Part shown: positions 12,358-27,000 of the stretch, piece after piece
Layout: every line of letters begins with the position of its first letter
Numbering within the stretch: position 1 is the first letter of the stretch
Origin: Diadema antillarum
Taxonomy: Eukaryota
Assembly (NCBI RefSeq): GCF_040938485.1
Contig: NW_027270924.1
Coordinates: 248,001-312,000 of the forward strand
Length of the DNA stretch: 64,000 bases
Direction of reading: 5' to 3'
Notes under the pieces: generated by a model
Seen by the model: the letters and a program-made list of their open reading frames with translations, nothing else
Database searches by the model: none
Told to the model about the DNA's origin: nothing
Made by a program: the position numbers and the translations under genes

Positions 12358-13964
12358 CCCCGGTGGTCTCTGTTTGTTTATTCGTTTTGTTATTTTAAAA
12401 ATATTTAATTTCTTTTATTTTCTCTTGTTTTGTTTCTGTTCTTCACCATTGCTGTCGCAAAATGTTCATTTTTTAAGTGAGTATTGTGATGAGACGAATA
12501 GGATTTCATGACATACGGGACATTTTGTATTGTATTGTATTGTATTGTCCAACCGAATTCAGGCTATGACTCAACAAGTGTATAACATAGAGATAGATAT
12601 ATGTGTATTTGTGTATATGTGTGTATGCATGTGCGTGTGTCAGTGTTTCTGTGTGTGTGCACACCATGGGGCTCTTGTGAGACAAAGTGTGGAATAAGTG
12701 TGAATATGTTATTAAAACTAGAATTGTCATATTTCTAGTTTGTAAGCACGGCAAAGAATGGAAAGTGACCGCTTCTTTTTTTTAAATTTTTTTTCAAAGT
12801 TACTTGTGATGGCGCTCATTCGTTTAAAAGAGGGTGATACACCGCCCTCTGTAGATTGCCGTGGAGGATATCACAGCAGCTTAGGGGATTAATTTAATGT
12901 GAAAAGTTGTCTTAGCATCATTACACCATGAATGGGCTTCTTCATGGCTTAAGTACGGATGTTGTATATGTTCTCCTCAAAGAATGTGTGTGTACTTGTA
13001 CTCTCAAAGTTTGACTAAGAATTTTTTTTTTATTTCTGCACCCTTTTTTCGTCACAAGTACTGAGAGTGATCTCCAATTTCAGACTTTGCCTGGAGGTGT
13101 GATACCCATGTTGGAGCCTGCAGATTGAAATTTGGTTTTTTGTTTAGCCGGCCTTTGCGCTTTGGGTGAGTACGCGCCTACTACAAAGGGAGAGGCTGGC
13201 GAAGTCTGGCGTCATTTTTTTTTATCACAAACTCGTTTGATCTGTTGAAGATTTCAGTGATAGCCAATCTTGTGTGTAAATGTGTGTAAATATTGTATTA
13301 AGACGAGTTACAATGTATGTCGAAGATATTGGTGCAAAAAAAAAAAAAAAAAAACGGCAAAGTTTGCCCACATCTCACTGAAGAATTTTCCTGATTGAGA
13401 AGTTGACCGGCTAGGCCGTAGGCCATCCACAGACTCAGGGAAAGACACCGTTGCTATATGACCGTCACTGCTGAGATGCGTTGCCATAGCTTTATTGCTT
13501 GTTCTAATGTAATGATTATCGATTGCTAAACCATTTTGGAGATTTTCTGTGAATTACCAGCAAATCTCTTCTGATCATTTTATCCATCCAATTGTCCACT
13601 GTGGGCACACTTGGGAGGGGGGGGGGGGGTGGGGGGGGGGGGGGGGCTACCTAAACAATTGGACTGGTCACATGCCGCAGTCAATGGATGTGCAAACAAC
13701 AATAACTTTACCTGATGGTATGATCACATTCCATTCATGTGGCAATCAGGCTTTGTGTTAGTTCAAAAGTGATGCGCAAGTTTGAGCAGGGTAGGTAGGA
13801 ATTATGTATGCATGGTACATATGAGTTGTCTTGAACCATGGGGCCTAGCCAAATGGGGTCCAGGCGGAATACAGGAATATGCTCTGTATGCACCAATCCT
13901 GCTTACTCAAAATTAAGTATAAAGCTTGTGTGTCATTTGCTCTATAAAACGGCCCCAAAATACA

Positions 13965-14166
13965 TACTTTAAAGCGAGATATTTTTGTTGCATGAAATTT
14001 TCACGCATTGGAGCTGACGGCCATTTTCTCGTCATTGAATTTTCGTGAATTGCCAATAGCATTCAGTGCATAAAGTGTAGACACAAACTTTCACATGCAT
14101 TTTAATTTGGCGAATCTTGGCTCTTGCAAATTCAAAATGCATGCTAACATATTTAGTTTTACAGTA
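13965..14166. mobile_element. Diverged copy of the 28895 MITE family, opposite orientation
   Basis: TACTTTAAAGCG ... TTTTACAGTA; internal similarity to the reverse complement of 28895-29105. Confidence 0.6.
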
Positions 14167-16174
14167 AATTATGTCGATGTAGGGCAATTTGTCAATCAGT
14201 TGCAATGAAAAGCATCTCAACGGAAGAATTTCATGAATTTGAAAAATAAGGTTACACTTTGTATGTTGTCAGGCGTGCACTAAAACATAGAACTTTGACG
14301 AAAGTTTTTTTTTTTTTTTAAATCAGCTGTGGGAGTATCCTTTAGATTGACATGTGTCTGTCTACTTTGCAAACCTTTTAAAACTAGAAAGTGAGAATTT
14401 GAATGATTTTTTTGGTGCTATTGTTGTATATCTTCCAGTGATTTACCCAATGTCTCACCTGGCAGAGGTTGATATGTTAAAATTCGGAGTGGGTTGCCAC
14501 GGTGCACACCAAAGATGTATTAATGTACAAACAGGGTATCCTCGATTTCGATGGGGCGAATGTCAGGTCGATGTTCCTAAAAACAAATGATTAGAAGGTA
14601 ATTGACCAATCACAGTGCAGGGATTCTTCTGCCACTTTTGTTATGTAAAACGCATGAATGTAGCATCCGGTAGGGATGAGTGAACACGAAATAGCATGCT
14701 ATTGGTTAGTTTGAGAATGAAAGAAACACAGAAGTATCATGTTTTTCCTGTTTTGATCAAGATTAGCGTGTAGCACGTTAATTGAAAAGAAGCCTCTGTT
14801 GACTGTAATGCCGATTTGTCCCTCTTCTTTGAGGCCTTAAGGAGACCTTAGAGCTGCCTTATGATTTTTGGCAGATACCGTAGGAGTGAGTGCTTTTTTA
14901 ATTGCGGTTCAAAGAAAATTCCCTCCAGTATGTACAACTGAATACTGCAGTGTGTATGTACTTCCATATGATGGTCAGCAGGCACATTTTGATGTAAGTG
15001 GGGGGAAAAAAAAATCATTTGTATTTTTAGGGGGACTGTATTTTCGTGGATGCCATGTTTCTGTCGTGTTTTTCTAACCCATTGATTGCAATTTCCATAC
15101 TCTTCACGGGCTGCATGCCGCATTATTGATTCTGACGAAGTGAGGGTTGAATTATCCTAGCTTTGTGTGCTTTGAGTGGTGAATAACACAGAAAATCCCA
15201 GAGCGTTGTACACACTGTCCAAAGACTTTGGCACCGAAAGGGTTCAATGAAGTATGAATCTGTTTTGTGTATATATGTGTATTTTGTTATGCCCGCAGAA
15301 GATGTAGGTTAAAGGTAAAGGACACTAAGTAGAGAAAGCTACTTAAACACAATTTACTCATGCTGATGTACAATGTCTGGGCCCAGACGCAGAAAGCGCG
15401 GCAGTCAAACACTTTTCGTTTTACAATCAAATTACAATACCCCAATGCACAATCCTGATTTATAAGTCAATCTGTTGCCACTTTTGAGTGGCTCCCTGTT
15501 TTAGTGAGTAGTTTTTGCTTTGTCGGCAATCAGGAATTCGCCGCCTCTCGGGTCCCCCAGTTTTGTGTGCGTGTGCGCATGTGTGTGTGTGCTGATTTTA
15601 TTGCATCCAAGTAGGTGTTGAAAAGCGGTGATCTTACTCAAACCAGGCGTGTGGTTCACAGCGAGTCCAAGACATGTTTTAGTAAGATTAACATACAGTC
15701 AGAACAATCTAGAATGTGCCAATATTTTCTTTCCCTTCTTATAGTACTGTGATATGAAAGAGGAAATGGTCATTTTCCCTGTGAATTAGACATTTTTGAG
15801 GTAGAGTGGTGCTTTTTTCTTTTCTAATGTGACAAGATAAAGTATCAGAAACATTCAATGTTCCTTTTGTTTGAATTGTATGAAGGAAAAGAGACTATTT
15901 GAAGTTAGGTGTTCAAAGTTACAAACATTTCAGACCAAAAAAAGGTCAGGAGTTGCCACTGATGTATTTTTCTTCTTTTCTAAGCACTGTGTTACTGAAA
16001 GACTGATTATTTTCCACTGATTCATTTACTTGTTTTGGTATGCAGAAAAAGGGTTACTGTATACGTGGACAAGAAATGTACACCAAGGATTCCATGCATG
16101 TGTGCACAAATGTATCTTGGTACAATGTAATTGGTAAACTCCCCCATTTTGCAGGGTTATTTTCAAGATTAAGC

Positions 16175-16360
16175 CATCATTTTCTTTCAGTGTGGATTAC
16201 AAATGTCATTATTTCTTTTCCAGTGTGGACACTAAAAGTGCCATCATTACTTTTCCAGTGTGAACACAAAAGCGTCGTCATTTGTATTTAGGTATGAACA
16301 CAAAGTGTTGTTTATCAGTGTGAACACAGTATGTCATCATTTGTTTTTCAGTGTGATTGC
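16175..16360. repeat. Degenerate about 33-bp tandem repeat
   Basis: Recurring TTT(C)CAGTGTG(G/A)ACAC. Confidence 0.5.
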
Positions 16361-16515
16361 CAAGTGTATTGTGACACTAAAACATAATTTTCAAGTAGGA
16401 TAAGCTCTCCTCGTTTCTTATTGTGATTTTTATTTTATAAATATGAAATGTAGTTTCCATATGACTTCATAACCTGTTGATTTTTGCTCCAAAATAGAGA
16501 CATACAGTACATGTA

Positions 16516-16611
16516 AGAAATGTGTAAAATAACACTATGATAACACAATTTCTGTTGGATAACAGAAATGTGTAAAATAACATTATGATAACACAATTTC
16601 TGTTGGATAAC
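16516..16611. repeat. 48-bp tandem duplication
   Basis: AGAAATGTGTAAAATAACA.TATGATAACACAATTTCTGTTGGATAAC twice. Confidence 0.85.
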
Positions 16612-19600
16612 AACAAAAATGTGAAATATTACCCCCAAAACGGTATGCCATAAGTATCCTTATCTCGGAGCATATCTGACCGTGGTGGCTATATGATGTT
16701 TTATAATCAATAACATCATTTGCATGTTTCAGGCCATAGCAGTATCCATCGTGTGAGAGTGAATCACATGCACAGCATATTAGCTGCATGCTATTCAATA
16801 TTACTGCCAGGGCATGTTCCAATCGCATTTATAATAGGAATGATAGTCTTGAACTATGATTGAGATTATTTGACTCAAGTTTGATCTCAAAATACTAAAA
16901 AACAACTCATTATCCTAACAAACTGTGTCAGCCAGACAAGTTTCTTGTTAAAACTTTTCAATATATTGCAGATCCAAAAGATTAATTTGATTAGATATGG
17001 GGGGGGGGGGGGTGAATACTTGGGTAATGGGGAGGGGGAAGAGAAAAAAGAACTGTGTGATTGTATTTGCTGTCTTCATATTATTTTTCCCTGTTTCAAA
17101 TTACTTTTGTTGACAATTACCCCAGGTCCCTATTCTTTCATATTTATGACATTTTATAGGACATTTGCAGCATCTTTGCATTTGAGTTGTCTTTTCGTTT
17201 AGGTATGTTGAATGTGAAAGTTCAATTACATCACATGTTGACAGTGCTGATACATGTAGTTGCGCAATACATGGCTGATTGATATTCCTGTTATATATAC
17301 CTACAGTCGTGGGGAAACCCCCATCTTGTACTGCTGGGGCCAAGTGCCATGAAAGTTTTGATTCTACCATAGGTTGTAGCAAGAAATGTGCATATGTTTG
17401 TGTGCGTGTGTGTGTATGCGTGTCTGGAGTGTAACCTATCTCCTCATACATATTCCTTGTTTACTTGTAAAATTCCATTCCTTTCACACAGAGTTCTCCT
17501 TCAAACTCATTGCCTGTGTTTGTGTATTGATGGTGTGTTTGAAATAAAAATTTCTCATCAAAACTGATTCTGTGTGTGCACGCAGGTTGAACGTCAGAAA
17601 GTACCTCTTGATATTTATTGCTACACCACCCCACACGGTACTTGGATTCATTTGCATGTAGCAATGAATATTCATCTGCCTTATTATCAAGATTGAATTT
17701 ATTTGCATTCATTGAAGTGATGAACCAGTCAAATGCCATGTCCACTGTGGTGAATTGCCAGTATTTAAAATTTATTGCTGGTTGTATCCTATTTCCTTCT
17801 CTTTTATTTTGTTTTTGTTTTTGTATGGGGAGGGGGGAGGGCAGAAGGATTAGGGATAGAATGATATACCCATGTTCGTTTTCATGCATGTCATGCAGAA
17901 CAATTGTATAAAGTTCACGGAAGAAATTAAAGGAGAGAATGATTTTTGCAATAGGGTCGTGATGCAAGTCAAATGTGAAATGCTGAAGCAACTCGAGGAG
18001 GTTGCAGCTAGTAACTACGAACCACTTCCTCTTGTGCTTGTGTGGGAGCCAGCTTTTTGACTTTGATGCTTCCCCTAATTTTCATCTCAGTTTTACCAGA
18101 GGGGGAGTGAGAGAGATTAAGAGAGAGATGAATTAATTGCAGGAATATCAAGGAACACAACTACTCTTCATAAGACATTGAGCTTGTGAAAGTCTCTTTG
18201 CTATACGGTGAACAGGAGAATATAATCATGGAGCACATGAAATCAAGCACACCTTGAAAAAAAAGCAACAATTAACATTCTCATTTTGAAGCAGAGCATT
18301 AGAGAGAAGTTTGCTTGTGTAAATATTTGTAGATCTTAGGAGCAGAATAGTTGTGTTATGACAAAGAAAATGTAGGAAATGATAGTTTGCTTTATACATA
18401 ATTTGTATTTGTGCTCTGTCTGCATGATGCCGACAGTTCTTGATATTGTGAAGATTTTGTGAGTGTAATCATCAGGGTAAGAGTTTCAGGTTTTACAGTC
18501 ACATTTTTATTTCCACAAGAAATGCAAATCAGCATGGAGAACAGAACTGAATTGTAAATGAGCAGTATTATAAATGTGAATGTCATTAAGTATTACGATT
18601 GGATTGTGGAGACTTAACTTCCAGACGTCTTGCAAGATTTTTGTCCAAGCTACAGTGTAGGTTGCACCTATCTTTACAGTGGAGTTCAGGGAATCTGTGC
18701 AGAGTATTTTGGGTATCTTTGAACCATTCGTTAAAAGTGTACAGCACATGCAGAAATTTCTGATAATTGTGCAAGTGTGCTTGTACGACAGACAGTAACA
18801 ATGACCTCGAATACTGCTTGTAGAACCTACATTGTGCCACTATGTGGAAGTTTGAAAGGGATACACGTAGGCGAGGACAGAGTATGATCACAAGAAGCTA
18901 ATCACCATCATTATTAGGAAGCTATTCACACTGACGTGAATTTCAGGGATACTGGACCAGACTAACATGCAGTTTGCTAATGACCGTACATGCTTTGACA
19001 TCCTTGTTACGAAAGCATAATCATGGTTACCGCATCGGCCTTTAAAGATTTTTTGTTGTTGTTTTTTTTCAGAGAGAGGCTTATGTAAGATATGGATGTA
19101 CTGACCACTTCTCATGTTTTTTAAGGTCAGTGCTCTGTGTAGAAAATTGATTTTGTACATTATAATTATTTCTTTTATTGTCTGAAATATGTTCATGCGA
19201 ATGCTTCGAGGAGATGAGGCATTTGGAATATAATGCATGTATTCGTTAGGTAGATTCAATGTAATTGAACTTTCCTTGCATGTGTATGAACCGTGTTTGT
19301 GCGAATAGATGTAGTGGAACTCAATTATGCTTAAAGTATCAGTTGTATCGATAGCTTAAACGTCTACGTGAAGGACACGACTTTTAATTTAGCAAGTTAT
19401 GAAAAAATTGAATCCGCCACTATGTGCAGCTTTACTTGTTGTATTTACTTCGTGTGTTACGCTGTACCGTACAGCTTACTAATTGGTACCACACAGCTAT
19501 ATGCAACAGACAATGAATCTAGAGTGAGACGAGGTGCAAATATTTCTCTATTCAGTCAGACTTTGTTGCGGCAGACTACAAGTTGTGAACCCGCATCATG

Positions 19601-20762
19601 ATCTTGCATGCTTTTGTTTGCGCATTTTGCTTTCCTCTGCATTACCAAGTGCAGACATTTTCTGCGAGTCAGAATGTGTACTTCACGTCAGGCATTCTTG
19701 GATTGTGTTGATTCCACTTTTACGCTACTCTCTCGTTTCTCCGTACTGTAAAGACAATGACTTGTGTTTGCTGAATACCATTCAAGCTATCATGTTTCTA
19801 TTAATACAAAAATGATATGAAAAAAAAAAAGACACACACAACTTGGATACATGTACAAGGAGCCTTCGTTCATAATGTTATCTTGTAATAAATGCCCCAG
19901 AGAGGCACAAAATGAAGATGTTGCGTGTAGATGTGATTCTTTGATTAAAGGACAGAGTAATAGTATGAGAAGAAAGAAAGCGGCTGAGTTTTGTGTAGAA
20001 TAAGGCAGTTCGTAGTTTCACTTTATGCATGAGCAGAAATATGTAATTTGCACTAACAGGCATATTGGTTCTTAAATTCACTTACAGAAGCATCTGTGAT
20101 ATGATTATTCATAGTATGTATCCTAAATAATAACCTTAAATGATGCTTGCCAGCACATCCACCCAACAGCAGCAAAGTGTGAATTAATTGGCAATAAAAA
20201 CAAAAACTTTGTAAATGCATTCAATGCAAAACAACATATGGCTGCTTCCCCATATTGTGTTCAGTGATGGGCCATTCTGGTCATGTCTACATTTACTCAA
20301 GTTCATTCTTTGAACATGAATTCCACAAATTTTATGTTGGGCAAGCTTATGCATTATGCTGCTTTGAAAACGAGTGGAGTGTCTAGCCAGCTGAGAAAAA
20401 AGAAAGGTCATCTGTACAAAACATGCGCTAATGAGCCGATTTTGAACTGGCTAATGAAATATATGGATTCCCATGTACAACTACACTGTATTTCCAATGC
20501 ATTGCTGCACAAACACGAAATAGTGTGATTACAGGTAGTGAGCTGAATATACTGTAGTATGTTCTCTAAATCACAAACATGGAAGTGAGTATGAAGGACT
20601 GATACTAGTAAACTGTGAATATGCCCTATTCTTCTAAAATCTACATTTGTGCCATGGAGGTGCCACCTTCCTGTTTGCACGCACACACACACACACACAC
20701 ACACGCACACACACATGCACACATACACAGTAAATATATGCTAGTCTTTTTTTAAAGTTTTC

Positions 20763-20768
20763 AATAAA
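20763..20768 (+). terminator. Candidate distal UCK polyadenylation signal
   Basis: AATAAA followed by GT/T-rich sequence. Confidence 0.35.
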
Positions 20769-20928
20769 TTCCTAGGTTTGTAGGCTACAAGTTCTGACTT
20801 TCTGTTTCATATCACTGCAGCCACATGAAGTTTGCAGTGTATGGTGAATGACTATCTATTGAATGTAAAGAAGAATATGAAAAATAATGACTCGGAATAG
20901 GAATAGAGTTGCTTTATACAAATGTTTT

Positions 20929-20934
20929 TTTATT
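20929..20934 (-). terminator. Candidate ACTR5 polyadenylation signal
   Basis: Minus strand TGTAC-AATAAA-AAAACATTTGTATAAAGC; an alternative proximal AATAAA lies at 23048-23053. Confidence 0.4.
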
Positions 20935-21470
20935 GTACATATATACATACACTGACATGCAAGCAAGCAAGAAAAAAAAGTTCCAGAATGCAGTACCTAA
21001 CATGTTGTCTCTAAAATCAAACTTCACAAAATGATTGAATGAAAGATATGAGTACTCTGCATCAAATTACACTTACACATGACGATGGCTTCTTTGATAT
21101 CCCAATACTGCGCCCAAGTGTCAAGAGAACCCACTAAAAGAAGTTGACCCGGAAGTGATATAAGGGCAGACTTGAATATCTAGACAGACATTGCCAGAGC
21201 TTTCTACTAACAGGCAGTTATTCTCCCATTCGTCCTCTTCTTTCAGTAAAAGTCTAGTCCACCGTTCGTGGAGCTTGGTTCATAGATTTGCAATGCTGTA
21301 CTTTCGCAGTAAAATTGCAGCTGCTGATGTGGTAGAATCGGGTGCGAGCATCTGCGTTGTTGCCTCTACAGTAGCAACAGCAATCATAACGATGCACAAT
21401 AAATGGAAATAAAGTATCTCATTGAAATGAAGCTGTTCTGACTCCTTGGATGGGACTGCAGACTAGGTAA

Positions 21471-22077
21471 TTAAAGGGGAAAATCCAGTCCAAATATAAG
21501 TTAGTCTGATAAGAAAGAGTAAAATATTACAAGTTCAACGGTAAAATTTTGATCGAAATTGGATCAATAAGGAAGTTATGACATTTAGAAGTTTCGCTAA
21601 TTTTTGAGGAAACGGTTCTTGAACGGTCAATATGAATATGCAAATGGCAAAGTGAGCATGTCATCCCCTCACAACTTGTCATATGGTTTGTACATAAAAT
21701 TGTGAAATTTCCGGATTTTAATTCAAACACAATTATGCCTGAAGTTCAAATCCTGATATATCTAACTGATCCCTATTCTGAAGTTTTTCAACCACGAATA
21801 ACATCATATTTCAGACTTCAATGACAGAAATGTTGAATTTTCATCACTTTTTGTATACGATCAGTGGAAAATTGTGAGGTTATGACATGGTCAGCTCACT
21901 CATTTGCATATTCATATCCACTGTACAAGAACTGTTTTGGAGAAATGAGCAACTCTTCAAAATTTCATAACTTCCTTACTTTTCATCCGAGTTCAGTCAA
22001 ATTTTTACTGTTGAACTCATAAGATTTTCCTCTTTTTTATCAGACTAACTTATTTTTAGACTGGATTTCCCCTTTAA
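21471..22077. mobile_element. Kolobok-type MITE (TTAA TSD, AGG termini)
   Basis: TTAA|AGGGGAAAATCCAGTC ... GACTGGATTTCCCCT|TTAA, long imperfect TIRs. Confidence 0.88.
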
Positions 22078-22182
22078 TCCTCATTGCCTGCCCTTCAGAT
22101 AGTACTGAGTGTTATAGATCCTGTGGCAATTTGCAACATGTATTGGTACACAACTTACACTTTTCTTTGCTCCTATGTGTCT

Positions 22183-22298
22183 AGGGCAATTACCCCCTGG
22201 ACAATTACCCCAGACCCTTCCCCTGACCCTAACCCTAATCCTAATCCTGAACCTAATCCTAATCCTAACCCAAACTCTAACCCTAAGGTAATTGCCCT
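22183..22298. mobile_element. 116-bp MITE-like unit containing telomere-like (CCTAAC/CCTAAT)n
   Basis: 12-bp perfect TIR AGGGCAATTACC / GGTAATTGCCCT; no clear TSD. Confidence 0.6.
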
Positions 22299-23821
22299 GA
22301 TATGGCTCCTATATTTGCCAGGTCAATTAGATTCAAATTTAACTCAACAGTGTATAGAATATATATGCATTTAATGATATGGCACATACACATCTCCACA
22401 CTGGCACTGACTATATTTTGTGTTCTGCTGCACAAGTGCATTTGGAATACACACATTGTGCTTGCATTCAGGGAACAAAAATCAAGAAACAAACACAGCT
22501 GAACTCACAGTTCACTTGAGCCACTGCATACATGTAATTGAACTGGGCGTGCCATGCCTTAAAGGTAAAAAACAGTTTCTTTACGCCTGCAAAAACTGTA
22601 AATATTTGCTCTAAAATTGACACATATGCATAAGAAATTTGTGAAATAATGCTGCGATAACATGATTTCAGTTGGGTGACTACACAAATGTGAAATATTG
22701 ATCAAAAAAGCATGCCAGCAGTATTGTGATCTGAGAACATATCCGATCGTGGTTGCTACATAATGCTACATAATTGACTATCAATAATTGACACATTGGG
22801 CCATAGCAGTATACTCAAGCAGGTAACTGTGGGGAAGTGTGTTATTGTACAAATAATGCACAGGTGAGAGTGAGTTAGTGGAGACGCAGTACATTTGAGG
22901 GTATTTATAATGATGTAACATGCATGAGGGCACAGCCGAGTGCATGTTGCACAACATGCACATGAATACATGAGAGTGACCTGCATCTCCACTAACGTTC
23001 CAAATTTAAAGCTGTGCATTATCTGCTTTATAAAATAGTTCTATGAATTTATTTCTCATTTACTTTATTTCATAGGTAACTACAGGTTACCTTCATGCAG
23101 AACTTGTGGTGAACTTTCTTTTGAATAAGCCAAGATGTCCGAAGAAATGCCCCAACCAAACACTCTAAATTCAGGTGATTGAGCATGCACTTGTAACTAG
23201 CTGACAGAGTGCGCATTTCAAACTGACCGAGTGCGCGCTTGTAACTGATTAAATTCGCATTGCTAAAGTATGCAATTGTGATGTCATTTTGAGCGTGATT
23301 ACGGTCAGCCACAGTCACATGCGTGTCTCTAAGCAGTTGTTAGTACCAGTCATTAGTAGGCAGTCAATGATAAAAACTAATGTCCACTGGGCATGTAAGG
23401 CAAAATTAAAGACCTGTCACATGATTGCTCTCAACCAATCATTTGATTAGGATCCATATAAACATTTTATAAAGCAACATGATCTCATCCTCGACAGGTT
23501 GAATGAGTGAATATCCTTCCATAATGGGACTCCCATAATGCCTTGTGAATGAGGACAACCACAATGCCTTGCTAATGAGGACAACCACATACCAACGTCC
23601 TTGCACGTTATTTGCTTGCACTGATGCGCTTCCTGTTCTGCGCAGATTTGCTTGAATATCTGGATCTAGCAAAGAGTCCAAATCCTGATGATATCATACC
23701 CCAGCAGTCGATCGTTCGTGTGAAAAAAAGAAGAAGAAAACAGGCACAAGATAACAGCCTCCAAGTCTTCCTGTACAAACTTTATCGATAGGTCACACAG
23801 TGAGCCCGGGTGGGGTGTCGG

Positions 23822-24000
23822 TCACCTCCTGTTGCCCACGATGACGCCGGGGGCGGAGAAGGACCTGTTGGAGGCGTGGTGCTCCTTCAAGTAGTCGCCG
23901 CCCTTCTCCTCGTACTCCGCCCGAGAGACGAACAGCGACTGGTTAGCCGGGTCGGTCGCCCATTTTGCCGCCCCAAGCCAGGCGTCGAGTGATGGATTTC
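23822..24000 (-). CDS. ACTR5: ACTR5 last coding exon (NPSLDAW...GNRR*)
   Basis: atcag acceptor, TGA stop ending at 23822. Confidence 0.93.
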
Positions 24001-27000
24001 CTGATTGGATGTTACACAAGATATAAGATGATGCAGTCGCTACTGTCTAAAGTCTCTGACACAAATCTTGTCACCTTTGTTATTGTATCCCGAAGATATT
24101 GCATCCCTTTATCATTCAAAATAATGATTTTACAAAACTAAAGGACAAGAACATATACATCAATGGAGTTCAACCACATATCCTTCATACTGGTTAGTCA
24201 AACCTTGAACACTGCTTGGATAAACATGTGATAGCGAATCATTTGAAAATCCTTTGACTACATCTCTCGACTCACAACCTCCCACCATAGCATTTTAACA
24301 CCTGTGAATGGACATTACCTACCATTGTATACAATGTCAAGTGATTTCTCATGGATTTTATAGAAGTGTTGAATTATGTGTTAACCGCACAAAGTGGAGA
24401 TTGAACATATCTGTCACACATACTACAAGCAGACAAAGCTATGCTAAGTGTGCTACATGTGTTTTGAAATGGACAGAAATGTGACATGCAATTCATAGTG
24501 TGTGAATTTCTGATATATTAGTTAAACAGAATTAATAAAGTGCAAGATGGGACAGACACATTTTGGATCTCTGCTCTCCTCTCCTCACACTAGAATAATA
24601 TAAGGGGAGATCTTTGACAACAAGCAAACAACAGCCAAAGCCTCATAATGACACTTTTAAACTCAATAAACATTGCAGGATGAACTGATACATTGACTGA
24701 GTGCTACAGACAGCACATTTACTGGTATGCGTGCCCCGTTATTTCATTTTCATTCTGACCCTCACTTAATTCTTCAAAAGTGCAGGGGTAATCAGTTAAT
24801 CACAATTACAACTCTGTACAACTTACAAGGATGGTATACTCTATAGTATTGGTTAAGATGAGGATTCAGCTTTAACTTTTTGCGAGACACTTAAGAAGCC
24901 ACTTTATGAAATGTTACGGAGCATTCAATTCTAAGCGGAATTTAAAGCTTATTTGATGAAAATCGGGTTTGAAATGGCTGAGAGATCCAAAATCAACGTA
25001 AAACAAAGCAATCCTGATTAAAGGTGCATCCCACCTTTTATTGGGATCGCTCTGTTTTTGATATCTCAGGCATTTCAAAACCATATTTCACCAAATAAAC
25101 TTTGAATTACTCATAGAATTATATACTTTTTCATATTTCATAGGAGGTTTCTCCTTATTTCGCAAAAAAATGTTGGTAACCCAAAGCCCCATCTCAACCG
25201 TAACTATACCATTCCTTTGACATGATAAAGCTGCAACTTGCCGTAAATGTAACAAGTATAAGCTGAAGGGATATGAAGATGACAGACAGTGACAGGAGAA
25301 GGGGACGAGGTGGACCGTGAATTTTAGACGTACCTGCTCGCCGGACCTTGAAGGAGGACTGGAAAGGCCTCATGGCGCGAAGCTCTGTCTCTATTCTCTC
25401 CACCATGTTGTGGAAGTTCAAGTTGCCCCCAGTGAGAAACACATTCTGCATCATGGATACAAAACAAAACAATTGTATCAGTTTCATTTCATTTAATATT
25501 TCAATTCATGTATTGATTTCTGCATCCTCTTCATGACGAAAATTTAACAAAGAAAGTACAGGCATATAAAAAATGGGATAATATCAAAGATACATTTCTA
25601 ATTTGTGATACATAGTGTATCATATGGGCCTACTGTAATTAATGAGCTGCCGCTCTTACCTGAACCAGTCTGTCCTGGACTTCCGGTTCGTACAGCCTCA
25701 GGACATGCTCCATGGTCTCCCCAAGTCCACCCTGCTCCAGCCCCATGATGCTTGGCTGGAATAGGATCTCAGGGCCCCTGATTCTCTCCACGCCAAGCAC
25801 CACCTGGTAGTACTCGGCCAGGTCAAAGGTCATACGCAGGCCAACGGGTGACCGGTTCTCTCTGCAGTGGTATGGGAGGGGGAGGTGGATGCTTTTAGAT
25901 TTCAGGCAGAACTGATTCCACGAAACTAATGGATCACATACAATCCAAAGAGAAAGAATGATTAATTCAATACCGGTACCTCATCAGTTTTTGTCAAGCA
26001 GTGGGGTAGTTTTAATCTGCGGAAAAGCGATACATGTCAATAGGTGTGGATGCTCAAATGGTGCGTTTACAACAAATCTACCTACACACGTATATAGCCA
26101 GAAGCTTCATCTTCACTGCTGTTTTCATTAACTCCAAAAGCTAAGATAGATATAGGTAAGTGGAAACTGAGCTTACATTCAATAGCCCAACTCTTTCACA
26201 TCTGAACAGTGATTTCAATCTTCTTAATTATGCTTTTAATTATACTTAATTATGAACATATTTTGTCCTGAAGTGATTTGACATAATGTTACTTTTTCAC
26301 GCATGTTATATAAATCCTTCTTAAAGGCCACTGTAAACAGTACAGGGAAACAATAGCAATACGGTTCTGGTTTGTTTCCCTCCACTACACAAAGGCCATA
26401 CACATACAAGTACAGTGGACTCCCATTATAACGAAGTCCTCGGGACCGGCAATTTTCTTTCGTTATATCGAAATTTCGTTATAACCGAATAAATAAACAA
26501 TAAAAATACATAAAGTGGATAATGGTACGGCCCGAATTTTTACTTTGTTATAACCGTGTTCATTATAACGGGAGTGCACTGTATATATCACATCCAGTGA
26601 AATAGAAATAACTTAATACAGCAATGCATTCTTTGAATACACAAGAGACCCGCGGGTCTAGCGCTCACCTGAGTATCGCAAGTTCACCTTTCACGCAGTC
26701 ACTAATCTAAATTATTCACAGCTCTACCAAAATTTGACGAGGCATTCTCAAGTGGAAGATGAAAATGTACAATAAGGGCCCAATTTTTTCAAGATTCCTT
26801 AATTTGGGGGAATTGGGGCCCCCTGGGGCCCTCTGGGTGGGGCATGGTGCCCAGTTTGATAAATTGAGATCCTGACCACCTAGGGATGCTACCTGCCAAG
26901 TTTGACAAAAATCCATCATGAGGTTTTCAGGAAGAAGATGAAAATGTACAATTCAGGCCTCCATTTGGACCCTTCCAACCACCCCCCCCCCCCCCACCCC

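Noticed and set aside
13143-13202. H/ACA snoRNA or SECIS in the UCK downstream region
   Set aside because: Single hairpin with no ANANNA or ACA boxes and no SECIS core; none of the genes has an in-frame TGA.
16655-16665. U12-type donor-like GTATCCTT (also 23512 and 52568)
   Set aside because: Not at any exon boundary; all mapped introns are ordinary GT-AG.
19461-19475. Palindrome GCTGTAC-C-GTACAGC
   Set aside because: 7-bp arms are expected several times by chance in 64 kb.
22222-22286. Chromosome-end or fusion telomere array
   Set aside because: Short, degenerate and enclosed by a TIR pair.
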